Source: the human T2T-CHM13v2.0 reference genome, Homo sapiens. From it: 64,000 bases of DNA. Numbering within the stretch: the stretch's first letter is position 1; each line of letters starts with the position of its first letter. The position numbers and the translations under genes were made by a program. The notes under the pieces were generated by a model, which saw only the letters and a list, made by a program, of their open reading frames with translations, had not been told where the DNA came from and searched no databases. The DNA lies in assembly GCF_009914755.1 (NCBI RefSeq), contig NC_060930.1; one strand, 5' to 3'. Positions 13,580 to 29,919 of the stretch are shown piece after piece.

Positions 13580-14464
13580 AATTTACAAGGAATAATGAAC
13601 AACCCTATTAGAAAGTGGGCAAAGGACATGAACAGATATTTCTCAAAAGAAGACATACATACAGCCAACAAACATATGAAAAAATACTCAACATCACTGA
13701 TCATTAGAGCAATGCAAATGAAAATCCCAATGAGATACCATCTCACACTAGTCAGAATGGCTATTACTAAAAAGTCAAAAAACAACAGATGCTGGCAAGG
13801 TTATGGAGAAAAATGAATGCTTTTACGCTGTTTGTGGGAGTGTAAATTAGTTCAACCATTGTGGAAGACAGTTTGTCGAATCCTCAAAGACCTAGAGGCA
13901 GAAATACCATTCAACTCAGCAATACCATTACTGGGTATATACTCAAAGGAATATAAACCATTCTATTACAAAGGTACATGTACGCATATGTTCACTGCAG
14001 CACTATTCACAATAACAAAGCTATGGAATCAACCTACATGCCCATCAGTGATAGACAGGATAAAGAAAATGTGGTACATATACACCATGGAATACTATGC
14101 AGTCATGCAAAAGAGATCATGTCCTTTGCAGGGACATGGATGCAGCTGGAAACTATTTTTCTCAGCAAACTAAAGCAGGAACAGAAAACCAAATACCATG
14201 GTGTACTCCTTTATAAGTGGGTGCTGAATGATGAGAACACATGGACACATGAAGGGGAACAACACACAGTGGGGCCTGTTGGAGGATGGGGATTGGGAGG
14301 GGAGAGAGCATTATGAAGAATAGCTAATGGATGCTGGCTTAATACCTAGGAGATGGGATGATCTGTGCAGCAAACTGCCATGGCACATATTTCCCTATGT
14401 AACAAAGCTACCCATCCTGCACATGTACCCCTGAACTTAAAAAAAAGTTGGAAATAAAAAAACA
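13580..14464 (+). mobile_element. 5'-truncated L1 (older L1PA): ORF2 C-terminus, 3'UTR and A tail
   Basis: ORF fragments [14 protein letters not shown] and [11 protein letters not shown]. Exact 14-bp TSD gaaaatatgtttga (13566-13579 / 14465-14478). Confidence 0.95.
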
Positions 14465-14930
14465 GAAAATATGTTTGACAGTTGAGTCATTCTCTCTGCC
14501 TTGGCTCTTTAGACAGAGCTTGTGAATTTTGCCATGTGAATATGTTGGTACCTAGAGAATGTGTATTTTGCACATGTCACCAAGCCTTATCCAGTAGTTC
14601 ATTGCTTTTGATTCCTTAAGTAGTCACTTGTGACCTGGGTTAGGATTCTCCTAAATGGACTTAACCATTATACTCAGGAAGTAAGCTTTCTCTTATGTGG
14701 AAAGTCAGTTTTAGAAAGTGTTTGCATTAGCCCATAAGTATTTGACATTGTATAGGAGATAGCACATAGAATGGAAAGACAAGATTAAATAAACTACAGG
14801 TCCTTCTACCTTTCACTATCTTGCTTGGTTTTAATGTTAATGGCCTTGAGTGATGGCCTTCCACTTCTTCAACATGAATATGATTTCACACTCTGTAATT
14901 TAATAAGCTATTTTCTTAGATTACTTTATT

Positions 14931-15116
14931 AATATTCAAATTTAATTTTATCTCTTTGTGTCTACCTTGTATTGATCCTTTATGAAGTAAGAAATCATCT
15001 TGTCATAGATTACCATTGACACTAAATATTCAAATTTAATTTTACCTCTTCATGTCTATCTTGTATTGATCTTTTATGAAGTAAGAAATCATCTTGTTAT
15101 AGATTACTATTGACAC
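14931..15116. repeat. 94-bp-period tandem duplication (2 copies)
   Basis: 14931-15022 and 15025-15116 align without gaps (aatattcaaatttaatttta...attgacac); 7 mismatches, all transitions. Confidence 0.93.
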
Positions 15117-15641
15117 GAATTCTTTCTAATCATTTCTTAGATTATTAAAAACAGATGCACCAGGAATGAATTTCCATCCAGATAGTTGGATATAAAGAGT
15201 ATAATGTTTAAATTTTTATATAATTTAGCTTACTACGTATTTGTGTTCTCTTTATGTTACAATAGGAAGGAATATTTATTTCCATTAATTTGGGATTTCC
15301 TCTCCATATTTCCTTAGGGAATGTATCTAAGATTTCTGAGTGGCTGTGTAGTACCACAGCATTGATTGGGGAGGGGATACGTGTGGTCTCTGTGTCATAT
15401 TTCCATGGAGATATCATTTGGGATACCCACTTTCCTAATTGGTCTTAGGTAATCCCTCTACATGGTCTGCTGCAGGGATGTCCTCAGCTCCCTGGGCATA
15501 ATTCCTTTGGCCATGAGGGCTCTTCCTGGCTTCTGCATCACTCACAGGAAATCTTTCTGCTTCCATCTAACATGCTGACACATTGACATCTGTCTGAGGC
15601 TATCCATGGTCTCCTAAACCTTTCTAGGTACTTGACCTCCT

Positions 15642-15678
<37 letters not shown>
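15642..15678. repeat. (GA)n microsatellite
   Basis: Direct reading. Confidence 0.95.
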
Positions 15679-15681
<3 letters not shown>

Positions 15682-15979
15682 ATTATTGACTTGTATGTCA
15701 ATAAACACCTCTCAGAATAAGCATCAATAGTTTGTGTTTCCTAGAGCCTTTCCGGGAAACCAGACACTGTTTGTTTCAGTGCCCTATAAAACTATGTTAG
15801 ATCCTTGTATCTCCCTTAAGCTCTCCTCTGGGAAACAGGGAAAAAGACTCTCTCTCTAGGATCCAGGGAGGATTTGCTCTCCTTAAAAATTCTTTCCGTC
15901 TATCTCCATCTCCTCTGCTGGAAAATCTTTATCCACCCCCTAGCAGAAGTCAGATTATCTTAAATTTAAAAAGTGTCTT

Positions 15980-16280
15980 GGCCAGGCACGGTGGCTCACA
16001 TCTATAATCCTAGCACTTTGGGAGGCTGAGGTGGGAGGATTGCTTAAGCTCAGGAGTTTGAAAGCAGCATGGGCAACATGGCGAAACCTTGTCTCTACAA
16101 AAAATACAAAAAATTAGCTGGGCGTGGTGGCACATGCCTGACATCCTAGCTACTTGGGAGGCTGAGGGGGGAGGATCACCTGAGCCTGGCAGGTTGAGGC
16201 TGTAGTGAGCTGAGATCATGGCACAGCACTCCAGCCTGGGTGACAGGGTGAGACCGGGTCTCATAAATAAATAAATAAAT
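15980..16280 (+). mobile_element. AluJ SINE
   Basis: Diverged dimer with J-type ggaggattgctt and a (TAAA)n tail. TSD aaaaagtgtctt (15968-15979) / aaaaagtctctt (16281-16292). Confidence 0.92.
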
Positions 16281-16392
16281 AAAAAGTCTCTTAAAGAAAA
16301 ACCAGGAAAGCTTGCCCTAAACTAATTCTAAATCAAAGAACACAGGGAAGATTATCTGCTCAAATAAAGGAAATAATTTTCTAAAAGGGTCA

Positions 16393-17444
<1,052 letters not shown>

Positions 17445-17893
17445 CTAAGGACTTGCTTTATGAATCTGGGTGCTCCTGTATTGGGTGCATATATATTTAG
17501 GATAGTTAGTTCTTCTTGTTGAATTGATCCCTTTACCATTATGTAATGGCCTTCTTTGTCTCTTTTGATCTTTGTTGGTTTAAAGTCTGTTTTATTAGAG
17601 ACTAGGATTGCACCCCCTTCCTTTTTTTTGTTTTCCATTTGCTTGGTAGATCTTCCTCCATCCATTTATTTTGAGCCTATGTGTGTCTCTGCATGTGAGA
17701 TGGGTTTCCTGAATACAGCACACTGATGGGTCTTGACTATCCAATTTGCCAGTCTGTGTCTTTTAATTGGAGCATTTAGCCTATTTACATTTAAGGTTAA
17801 TATTGTTATGTGTGAATTTGATCCTGTCATTACGATGTTAGCTGGTTATTTTGCTCGTTAGTTGATGCAGTTTCTTCCTAGCCTCGATGGTCT

Positions 17894-18911
17894 TTACAAT
17901 TTGTCATGTTTTTGCAGTGGCTGGTACCGGTTGTTCCTTTCCATGTTTAGTGCTTCCTTCAGGAGCTCTTTTAGGGCAGGCCTGGTGGTGACAAAATCTC
18001 TCAGCATTTGCTTGTCTATAAAGTATTTTATTTCTCCTTCACTTATGAAGCTTAGTTTGGCTGGATATGAAATTCTGGGTTGAAAATTCTTTTCTTTAAG
18101 AATGTTGAATATTGGCCCCCACTCTCTTCTGGCTTGTAGAGTTTCTGCGGCGAGATCAGCTGTTAGTCTGATGGGCTTCCCTTTGTGGGCAACCTGACCT
18201 TTCTCTCTGGCTGCCCTTAACATTTTTTCCTTCATTTCAACTTTGGTGAATCTGAGAATTATGTGTCTTGGAGTTGCTCTTCTCGAGGAGTATCTTTGTG
18301 GCATTCTCTGTATCTCCTGAATCTGAATGTTGGCCTGCCTTGCTAGACTGGGGAAGTTCTCCTGGATAGTATCCTTCAGAGTGTTTTCCAACTTGGTTCC
18401 ATTCTCCCTGTCACTTTCAGGTACACCAATGAGACGTAGATTTGGTCTTTTCACATAGTCCTATATTTCTTGGAGGATTTGTTCATTTCTTTTTATGCTT
18501 TTTTTTCTAAACTTCTCTTCTTGCTTCATTTCATTCATTTGATCTTCCATCACTGATACCCTTTCTTCCAGCTGATCAAATCAGCTACTGAGGCTTGTGC
18601 ATTTGTCACGTAGTTCTCATGCCATGGTTTTCAGCTCCATCAGGTCCTTTAAGGACTTCTCTGGCATTGGTTATTCTAGTTAGCCATTCGTCTAATCTTT
18701 TTTCAAGGTTTTTAACTTCTTTGCCGTGGGTTCAAACTTCCTCCTTTAGCTTGGAGAAGTTTGATCGTTTGAAGCCTTCTTCTCTCAACTCGTCAAAGTC
18801 ATTCTCCATCCAGCTTTGTTCCGTTGCTGGTGAGGAGCTGCGTTCCTTTGGAGGAGGAGAGGTGCTTTGATTTTTAGAGTTTCCAGTTTTTCTGCTCTGT
18901 TTTTTCCCCAT
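17894..18911 (-). pseudogene. Disrupted L1 ORF1p
   Basis: The C-terminal 186 aa are open (KRPNLRLIGVPE...YPAKLSF). W->stop (TAG) in EIWDYVK at 18461-18463. Span is 1018 nt against 1017 for an intact ORF1, implying a frameshift. Confidence 0.9.
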
Positions 18912-19036
18912 TTTTGTGGTTTTATCTACCTTTGGTCTTTGATGATAGTGACGTACAGATGGGTTTTTGGTGTGGATGTCATTTCTGTTTGTTAGTTTTC
19001 CTTCTAACAGTCAGGACCCTCAGCTGGAGGTCTCTT

Positions 19037-19169
19037 GGAGTTTGCTGGAGGTCCACTCCAGACCCTGTTTGCCTGGGTATCAGCAGTGGAGGCTGCAGAA
19101 CAGCAAATATTGGTGAACATCTAATGTTGCTGCCTGATTGTTCCTCTGGAAGTTTTGTCTCAGAGGAGT
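19037..19169 (-). promoter_or_regulatory. ~129-bp L1 5'UTR segment bound by KRAB-ZNF ZNF93 (retained)
   Basis: Sequence between ggagt (19037) and ggagt (19165) is absent from L1HS. The 5'UTR is ~1.01 kb rather than ~0.9 kb. The ZNF93 assignment comes from established knowledge of L1PA3-6. Confidence 0.7.
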
Positions 19170-19486
19170 ACCCGGCCGTGTGAGGTGTCAGTCTGCCCCT
19201 ACTGGGGGGTGCCTCCCAGTTAGGCTGCTCAGGGGTCAGGGACCCACTTGAGGAGGCAGTCTGTCCATTCTCAGGTCTCTAGCTGTGTGCTGGGAGAACC
19301 ACTAGTGTCTTCCAATCTGTCAGACAGAGACATTTAAGTCTGCAGAGGTTTCTGCTGCCTTTTGTTTGGCTATGCCCTGCCCCCAGAGGCGGAGTCTACA
19401 GAGGCAGGCAGGCCTCCTTGAGCCGCGGTGGGCTCCACCCAGTTTGAGCTTCCAGGCCGCTTTGTTTACCTACTCAAGCCTCGGCA

Positions 19487-19669
19487 ATGGTGGGCACCCC
19501 TCCCCCAGCCTCGCTGCTGCCTTGCAGTTTGATCTCAGACTGCTGTGCCAGCAATGAGCGAGGCTCCGTGGGCATAGGACCCTCCGAGCCAGGCACAGGA
19601 TATAATCTCCTGGTGTGCCATTTGCTAAGACAATTGGAAAAGCGCAGTATTAGGGTGGAAATGACCTGA
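19487..19669 (+). CDS. L1 ORF0 (primate antisense ORF), truncated to 60 aa
   Basis: MVGTPPPASLLPCSLISDCCASNERGSVGIGPSEPG matches ORF0 (MAGAPPPASLPPCSLISDCCASNQRDSVGVGPSEPG). Strong Kozak gcaATGG. CGA->TGA stop at 19667-19669. Expression unknown. Confidence 0.8.
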   Translation: MVGTPPPASLLPCSLISDCCASNERGSVGIGPSEPGTGYNLLVCHLLRQLEKRSIRVEMT

Positions 19670-19885
19670 TTTTCCAGGTGCCATCTGTCACCCCTTTCCT
19701 TGGCTAGGAAAGGGAATTCCCTGACCCCTTGCCCTTCCTGGGTGAGGTGATGCCTCGCCCTGCTTTGGCTCATGCTCGGTGTGCTGCACCCACTGTCTGA
19801 CAGTCCCCAGTGAGATGAACCCGGTACCTCAGTTGGAAATGCAGAAATCATCCGTCTTCTGTGTCGCTCACGCTGGGAGCTGTAG

Positions 19886-22517
<2,632 letters not shown>

Positions 22518-23020
22518 AAAAGGGCCAGAAGAAAAAAAGCATAGGTAAATATCACAAAAATATGATTCTACCACATTTTAGTTTCCACTTTCTACGTGAG
22601 TTTCTGCTATCTGAGCCTTTAGAAAAGAAAGTTAAGGTCTTTTCTATATTTTCTAAAATGTTCTTAGCATTGAACAAAATAGACTCATTCATCTGAGTGA
22701 TGGGTTTCTAAGCATCTCGTCTCTCTCCTCTTTCTTTTTCATACTACTTCCTTCATTAAAAAAAAAAATCCCCATCAGTGTATGGGAGAAATAAAGTAAC
22801 ATACAGCTAAACTAAAACTCAAATCATTAGTATTTTTTTATAATATAAGCTTAATATAGATGAAGATAGATTGCTGGCATGGTTTGCTATATTCTGTGTT
22901 ATTTTTAAAACTAAATTATCTGTGATTTTTCTGAGAGTTGTTTGTAAACACACAGGTCAATAAGTCTCTTCTCTCTCTTCCCCGCCTTTCACTTTTACCT
23001 TTCCTAGAAGGGCAAAGATT

Positions 23021-23205
23021 TCCTACTGTAAGATTGCATAGAATCTATGGCCAGTATCAAAAGTTATGATTGAAATGCTCAGACCTAAAGGGCAACTATT
23101 ACAAGCTTTGCTTCCAAGGGAAATCAGCTTTTGACAGGGTAATTTAAGCCAAAACAAAGGTCAGACTGTCAGAGATACACGTATCCACTTAGGGACGGAT
23201 GGATT
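23021..23205. repeat. Copy 1 of a ~185-bp dispersed direct repeat
   Basis: tcctactgtaagattgcatagaatc...ccacttagggacggatggatt aligns with 23958-24145. Confidence 0.92.
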
Positions 23206-23957
23206 CTAGACAGATATATTCTAGAATAGAATCCACAACTCTAATGTGTTCATGGCTGAAATTTTTCAGTTTCGACACTCTGTCTGACTGAGTTTTGTTA
23301 CTAAATTTTTTCAACATCCTACTCCATACAGGAACTATCAGTCAATAACAGGTGACACGCAAGGTGCAATTTATTTGATATCCTTGACTAGTGGTTAAAA
23401 ACGTGGGTTTTGGTATCAGATTGCCTGGGTTTAAGTCCCAACTCTACAGTTTAGAGACTGGGCAAAACAATTTGGTCAAGACGTTTAACTTTTTATGACT
23501 TCTCAAAAAGTTATTTTAAAAATTATGTAAAATATTCAATGTAATGAGGTTAGAATAATGTCTATATCCAACACATTATTGTTACTATTATTCATATTAA
23601 GGGTTTTCTGTTTAAAATATTTAGATAAAGGTTGACATATGATTTCCAATCTGAGAAAATCCCCATTTGTCTTCAGTTTCTTTTTTTAAATTTAAGAAAG
23701 GCTTTATGTTTTCATTGGGAGGATATGTGAGCAATTATTCTAGGAACCCTTGAATATGAAGACAAATTGGGTGGACCCATGAATGATTAGAGCTGGAGGA
23801 ACTATTTTTGTGTTTAGTATACCACTTTATTGGATGTGCATATAATTGTGCTGTGTGGACAAAGAAGAGTGTTTATTTATTTGCCTTTTATGCATATACA
23901 TATGCATATGGTACATATGGTGATGGGAGAAACTTGTCTAATTTGAAACTGTTCACC

Positions 23958-24145
23958 TCCTACTGTAAGATGGCATAGAATCTACGTCCAGTATCAAAAG
24001 TTATTATAATTGAATTGCTCAAACTTAAAGGGCAACTGTTAAAAGGTTTGCTTCCAAGGGAAATCAGCCTTTAAAAGGTAATTTAAAGTCAAAACAAAGG
24101 TCAGACTGGCAGAGGTACACATATCCACTTAGGGACAGATGGATT
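23958..24145. repeat. Copy 2 of a ~185-bp dispersed direct repeat
   Basis: tcctactgtaagatggcatagaatc...ccacttagggacagatggatt; roughly 85% identical to copy 1 by eye. Confidence 0.92.
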
Positions 24146-24397
24146 GAATCTGCACTTGCATTGGTAGCCAATTAGGTAAGTGAAAACTTCTGCTTTGAGT
24201 ATTTTAGCTTTAAAAACTTGATATAACAGAAGTTTGATTATAGTAACTGAAATTGGAAGTGGAATTACAGTGCTGTATTATAACTGGAAACTGGAAATTG
24301 GTATGGCTCTTTGTTCCTCTCTAGAGTTTTAGTCTCCAGTTTGGTGGTGGGTAGCTAGTGAAGTTTGAATATACTGTATTACCAAAAAACCGTTATA

Positions 24398-24546
24398 GGC
24401 TGGGTGTGGTGGCTCATGCCTATAATTCTAGCTCTTTGGGAGGCCAAGGTGGGAGAATCACTTGAGCCTAGGAGTTCAAGACCAGCTTAGGCAACATATT
24501 GAGATCCCATCTCTATTATAAAAAAAGAAAAGAAAAGAAATTAAAT
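24398..24546 (+). mobile_element. Alu left monomer (FLAM_C-like)
   Basis: Single monomer followed by an A-rich tail. Degenerate TSD aaaaaccgttat / aaaaatcagttat. Confidence 0.85.
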
Positions 24547-24573
24547 TAAAAAATCAGTTATGTAAAAATTATG

Positions 24574-24800
24574 GGTTGGACACTGTGGCTTATGCCTGTA
24601 ATTCTAACACTTTGGGAGACTAAGCCCAGATTCGTGCAAATTGCTTGAGCCCAGGAGTTTGAGACCAGCCTGGGCAACATGGTGAAACCTCGTCTCTTAA
24701 AAAAAAAATTAGCCAGGTGTAGTGATGTACACCTGTAGTCCCAGCTTGACCCCAGGAGATCGAGGCTGCAGTGGGTGATGGAGTGAGATCTTGCTCCTAA
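24574..24800 (+). mobile_element. AluJ, internally deleted
   Basis: Left arm plus a collapsed right arm (cctgtagtcccagcttgaccccaggagatcgaggctgcagtg). Confidence 0.8.
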
Positions 24801-25907
24801 AAGTAATTATGGTAAACAGGAGGCTTATGGTTGAGCTCACACGAAGGTGAACAAATACTTCACTAATTACTGATGCATTTGTGAAAAATAATTGGGAAAT
24901 AATATGGTGTAGTAGATCACCTTAAAACTCATTCTAGATCCCTTCAGCTCTCACTAGTTAATTAGTTAATTAAGTCAAATATTACTGAGGATCTACCATT
25001 TCCTGACATCTGGATGGAAAAGTAAAACATAGTGTGAATGATAATAGTGAGTAGCTCAGAAACTGGAGCCCAGAGGGAGATGAGAGCTGATCATGTGGAA
25101 TGGGTCCACCTGCATAAAGTGATAGCTGCATCCACGGAAGTGACTGAAAACCCTCCACAGAGAATAAAGTGGAAGAAAAGAGGAGATATTAAAGGATGAA
25201 ATATCAACACTTAGGGAAAGATAAGAGAAAAGCCAGCACTAATAGGACAAATAAATATCAGAGAAGTGGCAGAGAGCAGGGCTGTGGGAGAAAACTTTGA
25301 GGTTGAGGGAGTAAGGTTTCTGGTTCAAGGTGACAGATTGAAAATACATATATCTATTCTCCCTCCATAAATCCCATTAAAATAAAACTTAAAAGTACCA
25401 AAGGTAATAAATTTATAGTAGTTCTCAAATCAGGCAGAGACACATGCAAACTATTAATCTTGATTAGTTTCTGGAAGATAGAAAATATGTTACATATTAA
25501 GAAATGGAGAAGCAGGAGCGCAGCCTACAATTTGCACTCACAGAGGGCTGCGGTGAAGGTAGAAGTCATGCTGCCTGAGGCTGGTGCTTCCGAAGTTCTG
25601 CCAACCTGGAGATAAGACTTCCAGCTTTTGAAGAAGGCAGTGGCCAGAGGTCTAGGTGTATGGTTGTTCTCCAAACAGCTGTTCCTCGCTGTATGGGCTT
25701 AGCTTGCTCCCTGATTTCTGCTCACATGGTTTAAAAAGACTTGTGGGCTCAAAGCTTACAATCCATCTCTCCTATTGAAGAGCCTTGTGGGGAATAGGAC
25801 TGCATGCTGGCAGAGAGAGCCCAGACTAGCAAAGTGTATCAACTAAACTAGCCCTCAGTTCATAACTTTAAATTGGCAAATATCATAACAGAGGAGAAAT
25901 AATCTTA

Positions 25908-25954
25908 TACACACACACATGCACGCACACACGCACACACATATACACACACAC
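25908..25954. repeat. Imperfect (CA)n microsatellite
   Basis: Direct reading. Confidence 0.9.
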
Positions 25955-26023
25955 AGTACCAAGAAGAACGAATGAGTTATCACCGCACCCAGCCAATAAA
26001 CAGATAATTTAGGACACAGAACA

Positions 26024-26067
<44 letters not shown>
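26024..26067. repeat. (TATC)11 tetranucleotide STR, followed by an AT-only tract at ~26086-26159
   Basis: 11 perfect TATC units counted. Confidence 0.95.
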
Positions 26068-26069
<2 letters not shown>

Positions 26070-27149
26070 AAATACCTATCTCTCTCTATATATAAATATA
26101 TAAATAAATATATAAATATATAAAAATATAAATAAATATATAAATATATATATATAATAGTCATTATAAAAAAGAAGCAACCATAGAACTATAAAGACTT
26201 ACTGGAAATTTAGGAATATGATGCCTGAAAATAAGGAAAATGGAAAATAAGTGCTGGGATAAAACCTGATGAAATCTCTTAGAAATTGGGATAAAAGAAA
26301 ACTAGGAACATATAGAAGTAAAGTTTAAAGTCTTAGAAGATCCGTCGGGGAAAGCTAAGATCCTTCAAAAGGAGTTTAAGAAAGAGAGAAGAAAACAAAA
26401 TATCCTAAAGAAATTATTAGAGAAATAATGAAAGAAAATTTATTTTTTAGCCACATGCATCTTCAGCTTGGAAAAAAACCACAGGATGAAGAGCATACAA
26501 TTGAAGTAGAAAGACCACAGCTATACAGAGGCTCATGAAGGGTAAAGAGGAGATTTTTGAATGCTTCCACTTATTGCTTCCAATAAATGAGAATTCAACT
26601 TCTTATAAGAGATACCGTATGCTTGAAAACTGAGATCTGAGAAAAATATGACTACAACCTATAAGTAAACGCCCAGCCAAACTCTAAAGCAAGAGTTCAG
26701 GTAAAATAAGGACATTTTTGGGTATGTAAGCTATAGAAAATGTTACTACTCATTGATCATCCTCTGAAAGACTTGCTTATGTAATTTATCCAACAAAAAG
26801 AACAAAGGAACTCAAGAAAGAGGTAAAAAATGAGATCAATGAAACAGAGTACTTAATATATTGTGTATTGTGATTATGTAGCAGAGTATCTCTGTTTTAT
26901 AGGAAATATAAACTAAAGTATTCAGAAATGATGGAACAAGAAGTCAGCAACTTTCTCTCAAATTGTTCAGGAAAAGATGCTTTGTATTGTATCTTCACCT
27001 TTTCTGTAACTGCATGATTATTTTGAAATAAAGATAATTTAAAAAATAAAATGGAGGGAAGAAATTGTAAAAGATAACAAGAAAAAAAAACAAAGTCACC
27101 TTTCAGTGAGTTCCACACCCTTCTATCTGAAATTCCACCCCCGTTCTCC

Positions 27150-27352
27150 ATTCCTCAGCTCACCTTCCTAATATCAATCAACAATCGACTTATTATTATA
27201 TATTTAATAGTTTATGTTTCTTGTCTTTTGCCTCTGACTCAACAACTGGTATAAACCTTTCATGAGGAACTCTGTTCACTGCTATATTTCCTGAACATGG
27301 AACACTGCCAACACATACTGACTTCTTGATAAATATTTGTTGAATGAACTGA
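27150..27352 (+). mobile_element. L2 3' end fragment
   Basis: ctgttcactgctatatttcc...aaatatttgttgaatgaactga is a typical L2 terminus. Confidence 0.65.
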
Positions 27353-29536
27353 AAACCTTATTATTACAAACAGTAGCAATAAGTAAAATGTCACTCTTCA
27401 CAAAATATTATTACTAAAACTGCCACTACTCAATACTGCTTATTATTAGAGATTACCACATTTCACTGCAATTTTTACATCGAAAGAAATCCAGTTAAAC
27501 ACCAGTTGTAAGATTATTGTCCCCTGGGATGTTCTTGAAATTAAGATGTCTTTTGTAATCTATCCAAGGGAAAAGTATTTTAAATGCCAGTTTTCAATTT
27601 TAAGAGTATTGAGAAGGTGATCTGACACATCATTCTTTTTAATGAACAAGGTATAAATCAATTTTAAGATAAGTACCAAAAAATTTTTAAAAAGAAAAAA
27701 TAATGCCAGAATATCAGTTATGCAGTTGGTCTAGAATGCAAATTAGAACAGGGAGTATGAGGGCTCCAGGAAGAATTTTGTCAAGGAGAAAAATAATTTC
27801 CTATCATAAAACATATGATTAAGAAGCTACGTGACCTTAATGACAAGGTGAACCCATAGCATTATGACAATAAATGAAGAAATAAAAGGATTATGCTGCC
27901 CCCACCCCTCTATTCATTATTTATGTGCTCTTTCCAACAGCAAGTTAATGACAAGGAAACCACCTCCACTCAGTGTCCAATCACACTACTTGATTCTGCA
28001 GGGAACTACATTTAAATAACTATAATATTGTAAAAGCTGGTTTTGGATATTTTCTTGTTTTTTGTTTGTGTTAAACTATAGACAAAGCAGAGTTACTTTT
28101 AGCTATAAGAAGACAAGTGTTATAAAATTGTGCATAATAAAATGTGAGATAATGCCTAAAATGGATAAGTCAAGAAATAAAGGTTATATTTTATTTGAAG
28201 ACACAGATGAGCAAACAAAAACACTTAATAAATAAAAATATGCCTCTTAGAGCCTGGGGGTGTGAAAGTGTGGGGATAGGGAGGCGAAAAAGCAATTTAA
28301 GTCAGCAAAATTCTTCACTCTTCACAATAGAGGTAGTAGTGAGATCTAGTTTTAACTGATAAATAAATGAATGAAGATAAACATGATGGATATAACCACC
28401 AAAAGAAACAGAAATGTTTGTAACTGATTATCAGAAATTAGGAGTATGATTGAGAGCAAAGGACAGTTTATTTTTAATCTCGAATCCTCTCAGTTTGGAT
28501 AGGAAATGTTAAATTACATACGATGCACACAGAAAAATGTCAGGCACAATGAGCACTGGCTATGAACATTGGTTTCCCCTACAAGTGGAAGGGAGGGATA
28601 GTGAGCAAAGGACTTTGTTACACTCTTCGTTAAACAATTTTCAATTACTTTTATTTTGCAATGAGTTATTTTGTTTTTGAATAAAATTATATACAATGAT
28701 ATGTATATGCTATTATAGAATAAGAAGGGGAACAGGCAACAGACTTCAATGCTGCAGTGAGGCTAAATCAGATAAAGAACCAAGATTTCATTGGATTTGG
28801 TAATTTGGAGGAGACCTAATGAGTGTAATTTTCGTAGAGTGTAGAGACAGAAGTAGAATTGCAGGGGAACTCTCTCCTCAATGAGAAGTGAAAAGGAGTA
28901 GGGGCAGCAGGTATGAATATAAGCTAATTTAAAGAAGTTTTGATGAACAAGGAAACAGAGAGCATGTGGAAGCTAAATAGCTGATATTTAAAGATTATGG
29001 TTACCTAAAGATCACTTAGATTGTAAAACAGGGTGTGTCATATCTTATAAATGAAAGGATCATGATATACAAAGAGCATTGAATGGTCATCTAAAGGTTT
29101 TCCAAGAAAAGATAATATCTGTATCTTTGTTCTCCTTTTCATTTTGGATGAGGCAAGCATCAAAAACATTTTCTTGGAGGCTTATTTTACAATTTTAAGG
29201 CTCTTCCTATCTCCCTCCCCTCAGCCCACCCTTTCAGAAATGCCTTTTGTAGACACTCACTACAGAGGCTTCTGAATCTATTAAGACATAATTATGTTTC
29301 TATATGGTAAATGTTTGAGGCATACTTGACTATATCCTTCTACCCATACATATTTCTAAAAATGCAGGGAAGTATCAGTGGGCTTTTTTTCATTTGATAA
29401 AGTTATGTCATATTAAGCTTTGGTCGTTAGCCGTTATGACAAATATGCCAAATTGATAAACCATCTATCTTTGCCATCCAGAAATTATTGAATGAAAGTT
29501 GATTGTCCTTAATAACTAGGTCATTTCCTTTGGTGA

Positions 29537-29906
<370 letters not shown>

Positions 29907-29919
29907 CCAATTTTTCAAT

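Larger units (their letters stand above)
25320..27055 (+). mobile_element. Very old L1 (L1M) fragments: 5'UTR/ORF1-like sequence and 3' end
   Basis: Purine-rich ORF1-like tract (aaataatgaaagaaaattt; cccagccaaactct) and an L1M-like 3' end (ctttgtattgtatcttcaccttttctgtaac). Highly diverged; boundaries approximate. Confidence 0.5.

Noticed and set aside
15200-15960. Possible ancient LTR around the (GA)n repeat
   Set aside because: The composition is suggestive (AATAAA at ~15700), but I could not identify termini, a TSD or a family.
23021-24145. Paired LTRs of a small retroelement, or a CRISPR-like array
   Set aside because: Only two copies, with no TG..CA ends, PBS, PPT or TSD and no repeat-spacer periodicity; the DNA is eukaryotic.
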